Shown here: piece by piece, positions 62,351-64,000 of the stretch
How the letters are laid out: the number at the start of each line of letters is the position of its first letter
Numbering within the stretch: position 1 is the first letter of the stretch
NCBI GenBank assembly: GCA_048013815.1
Contig: CM106585.1
Coordinates: 7,626,001-7,690,000 of the forward strand
DNA: 64,000 nt
Direction of reading: 5' to 3'
From: Setoptus koraiensis
Lineage: Eukaryota; Animalia; Arthropoda
The notes under the pieces: generated by a model
The model's database searches: none
Told to the model about the DNA's origin: nothing
What the model saw: only the letters and a program-made list of their open reading frames with translations
Position numbers and translations under genes: made by a program

Positions 62351-63838
62351 TCACTCATCAACAGTCTCGACGGCAACGCTATGCTTGTCTTTGTCCCTAA
62401 AGAAGCCGCGCTCTGTTTTACATTCACATATACTTATAGTTTGATTATTTACAGTAACATCTGTGATAACAGTACCTAATATAGCTGCATCAGACAGATA
62501 AAGTGAATGTTCGAGAGAGTTCACGGGTGTATGCTTGGGTGACGGCGGTGGTTCTGATGCTTGATTTAGATTGTCCACCGATGTTGGAGCTAATATTAGA
62601 GCTTGTGAATGTGTTGGTGTGCAAGTGAGTATCTGTTGGTTATTTTCTGATGTTCTTTTAGTCTGAGTGAGTGCTTTGGGAACAGTTCGGCGTGGCTGCA
62701 TCCCGAATGCAGCCTCTATGGTAGGCATAGTTCGGCGTGGCTGGATCCCGAGGGCCGTCCTCATAGTTGGCACAGTGCTGCGTTGTTGCGTACCAAAATT
62801 AGCGCTCACAGTCGCCACGGGGGTGCCCTGTGGGATTCCGAAAGTGGCCCTTAGAGTGGGCATGGCTTGACTTGACCTAGGTTGTAGATTGGGCTGGACT
62901 GTGGCCACTGTGGATACTGGTGCAGCTTTGATTGCAGGTGGACGTGCGGGTTTAGCTGCATATGCGCGTACTGATTTGGGTGTAGACGTGGGTGCTGGTT
63001 TCGTTGCGGGAGCCGGTATGGATACTGGTCTCATTGCTACTGTTGGTGTTGGGGCGACCAAGGATGGGGGCGTAGGTGTAGATTTCGGTTTGAGTTCTGG
63101 TACCAATACCGGTGTGGATGTGGGTGTGGGTACTGATGTAGACGTTGATGTGGATGTGGACGTGGACGTGGTACAGACATATGTTGGTGCCGATGTGGCA
63201 GCTGACACAGCTGGTAGTACCGGTGTAGATGCTGTTGGAGATACAGTTTTCGGTGCGGTTGAGGAGGCAGGTGAGGTTGCCAAGGTGGTTTTGGGTTCAG
63301 ACACATTATTGAGTATGGGCGCCGATGTCGTTGGCGTGAGTGTAGGTGCTGGTGCGGGTGATTTTATGGGACTTGAGGCCGCCTCTGATGATGGAATTGG
63401 CTTCAAATCAGCTGATTTCGAGGTAGAACTAGATTCAGGAGTCTTGTCTTGGTCGATTTCCACAATATGAGATAACTCGGTGTCACCGGATTTGGAGGCA
63501 GTGGTTGCATTCAGAGTTTGATCTAGATTTGTTTCTAAATTTTGAGTCGGCTCGGTATCATCTGACCTAGGGGCAGGAGTTGAGTCCAAAGTTTGGTCCT
63601 GATCTATTACTAAGTTTTGATTTGATGTATCTAGGGTTTTAGATATATTAGAGGACTTTTTTCTTTCTTTACTCTTTTTGCGTTCAAAGGCATCAAAGAG
63701 TCTCCTATCCAATACATTTTCAGCTGGTTCCCAAGAATTGTGTTTACTGCTCCAGCCCTTCCATTTGATTAGATATTTCATTTGACCATTTTCTTCTTTC
63801 TCTTCCAGAATGCGTTCGGCATCATAAACGTCATCCAT
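62351..63838 (-). CDS. Pc: Polycomb-type chromobox protein (N-terminal chromodomain, C-terminal Pc box), intronless, 495 aa
   Basis: Chromodomain VYDAERI...YLIKWKGWSSKHNSWEPAENVLDRRLFDAFE with an intact Y/W/W aromatic cage. P/T/S-rich linker. C-terminal Pc box VITDVTVNNQTISICEC. Confidence 0.88.
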   Translation of the reverse strand: MDDVYDAERILEEKEENGQMKYLIKWKGWSSKHNSWEPAENVLDRRLFDAFERKKSKERKKSSNISKTLDTSNQNLVIDQDQTLDSTPAPRSDDTEPTQNLETNLDQTLNATTASKSGDTELSHIVEIDQDKTPESSSTSKSADLKPIPSSEAASSPIKSPAPAPTLTPTTSAPILNNVSEPKTTLATSPASSTAPKTVSPTASTPVLPAVSAATSAPTYVCTTSTSTSTSTSTSVPTPTSTPVLVPELKPKSTPTPPSLVAPTPTVAMRPVSIPAPATKPAPTSTPKSVRAYAAKPARPPAIKAAPVSTVATVQPNLQPRSSQAMPTLRATFGIPQGTPVATVSANFGTQQRSTVPTMRTALGIQPRRTMPTIEAAFGMQPRRTVPKALTQTKRTSENNQQILTCTPTHSQALILAPTSVDNLNQASEPPPSPKHTPVNSLEHSLYLSDAAILGTVITDVTVNNQTISICECKTERGFFRDKDKHSVAVETVDE

Positions 63839-64000
63839 TTTGAATAATAGTGTGGCTTGGTATGATTAAATTTTAAATATGGAATAGAGGATAATAATAA
63901 TAATAAATAAATCCTATAATAATGAGGATAAAATCACGTTCATGAATACTGTAATGCGAGAAGATACATGTAAATCCCATTCACAGTGAAAACGGCTGTA

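Noticed and set aside
62667-63470. Plus-strand V/G/D-rich ORFs opposite Polycomb
   Set aside because: They are antisense shadows of the Pro/Thr-rich linker.
1-64000. CRISPR array, tRNA, rRNA or prokaryotic operon
   Set aside because: The tandem arrays have no unique spacers, I found no cloverleaf or T-loop context, and genes have spliceosomal introns and eukaryotic products.

Overview
This is a eukaryotic (animal) window, not prokaryotic. I find no tRNA, rRNA or CRISPR array. Genes recognised from sequence: a ~2693-aa low-complexity protein with a C-terminal PDZ domain (KIAA1614-like, +), two inverted BTBD9-like paralogues, synoviolin/HRD1, a degraded Tc1/mariner-type transposase, a CD109-like thioester-family protein lacking the thioester Cys, DPYD, an orphan 4-TM protein, a secreted LRR protein, UTP25, RNase Z (ELAC2) and Polycomb (CBX). 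Genes with many introns in vertebrates have 0-1 coding introns here. This suggests a strongly intron-depleted, compact arthropod genome, possibly an eriophyoid-like mite (inference only). The most striking structure occurs twice. A ~0.7-kb segment holding the 3'-terminal exon and polyA signal of the left-hand gene is duplicated as a direct repeat, and an intact gene sits between the two copies: an inverted BTBD9 copy between duplicated PDZ last exons, and DPYD between duplicated TEP tails. Bases 1-12.9k are microsatellite- and minisatellite-rich non-coding DNA with candidate 5' exons and two notable palindromes/hairpins. Exon structures are hand-derived from GT/AG signals, phase and remembered homology. 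No database search or alignment program was run, and identities are by eye.
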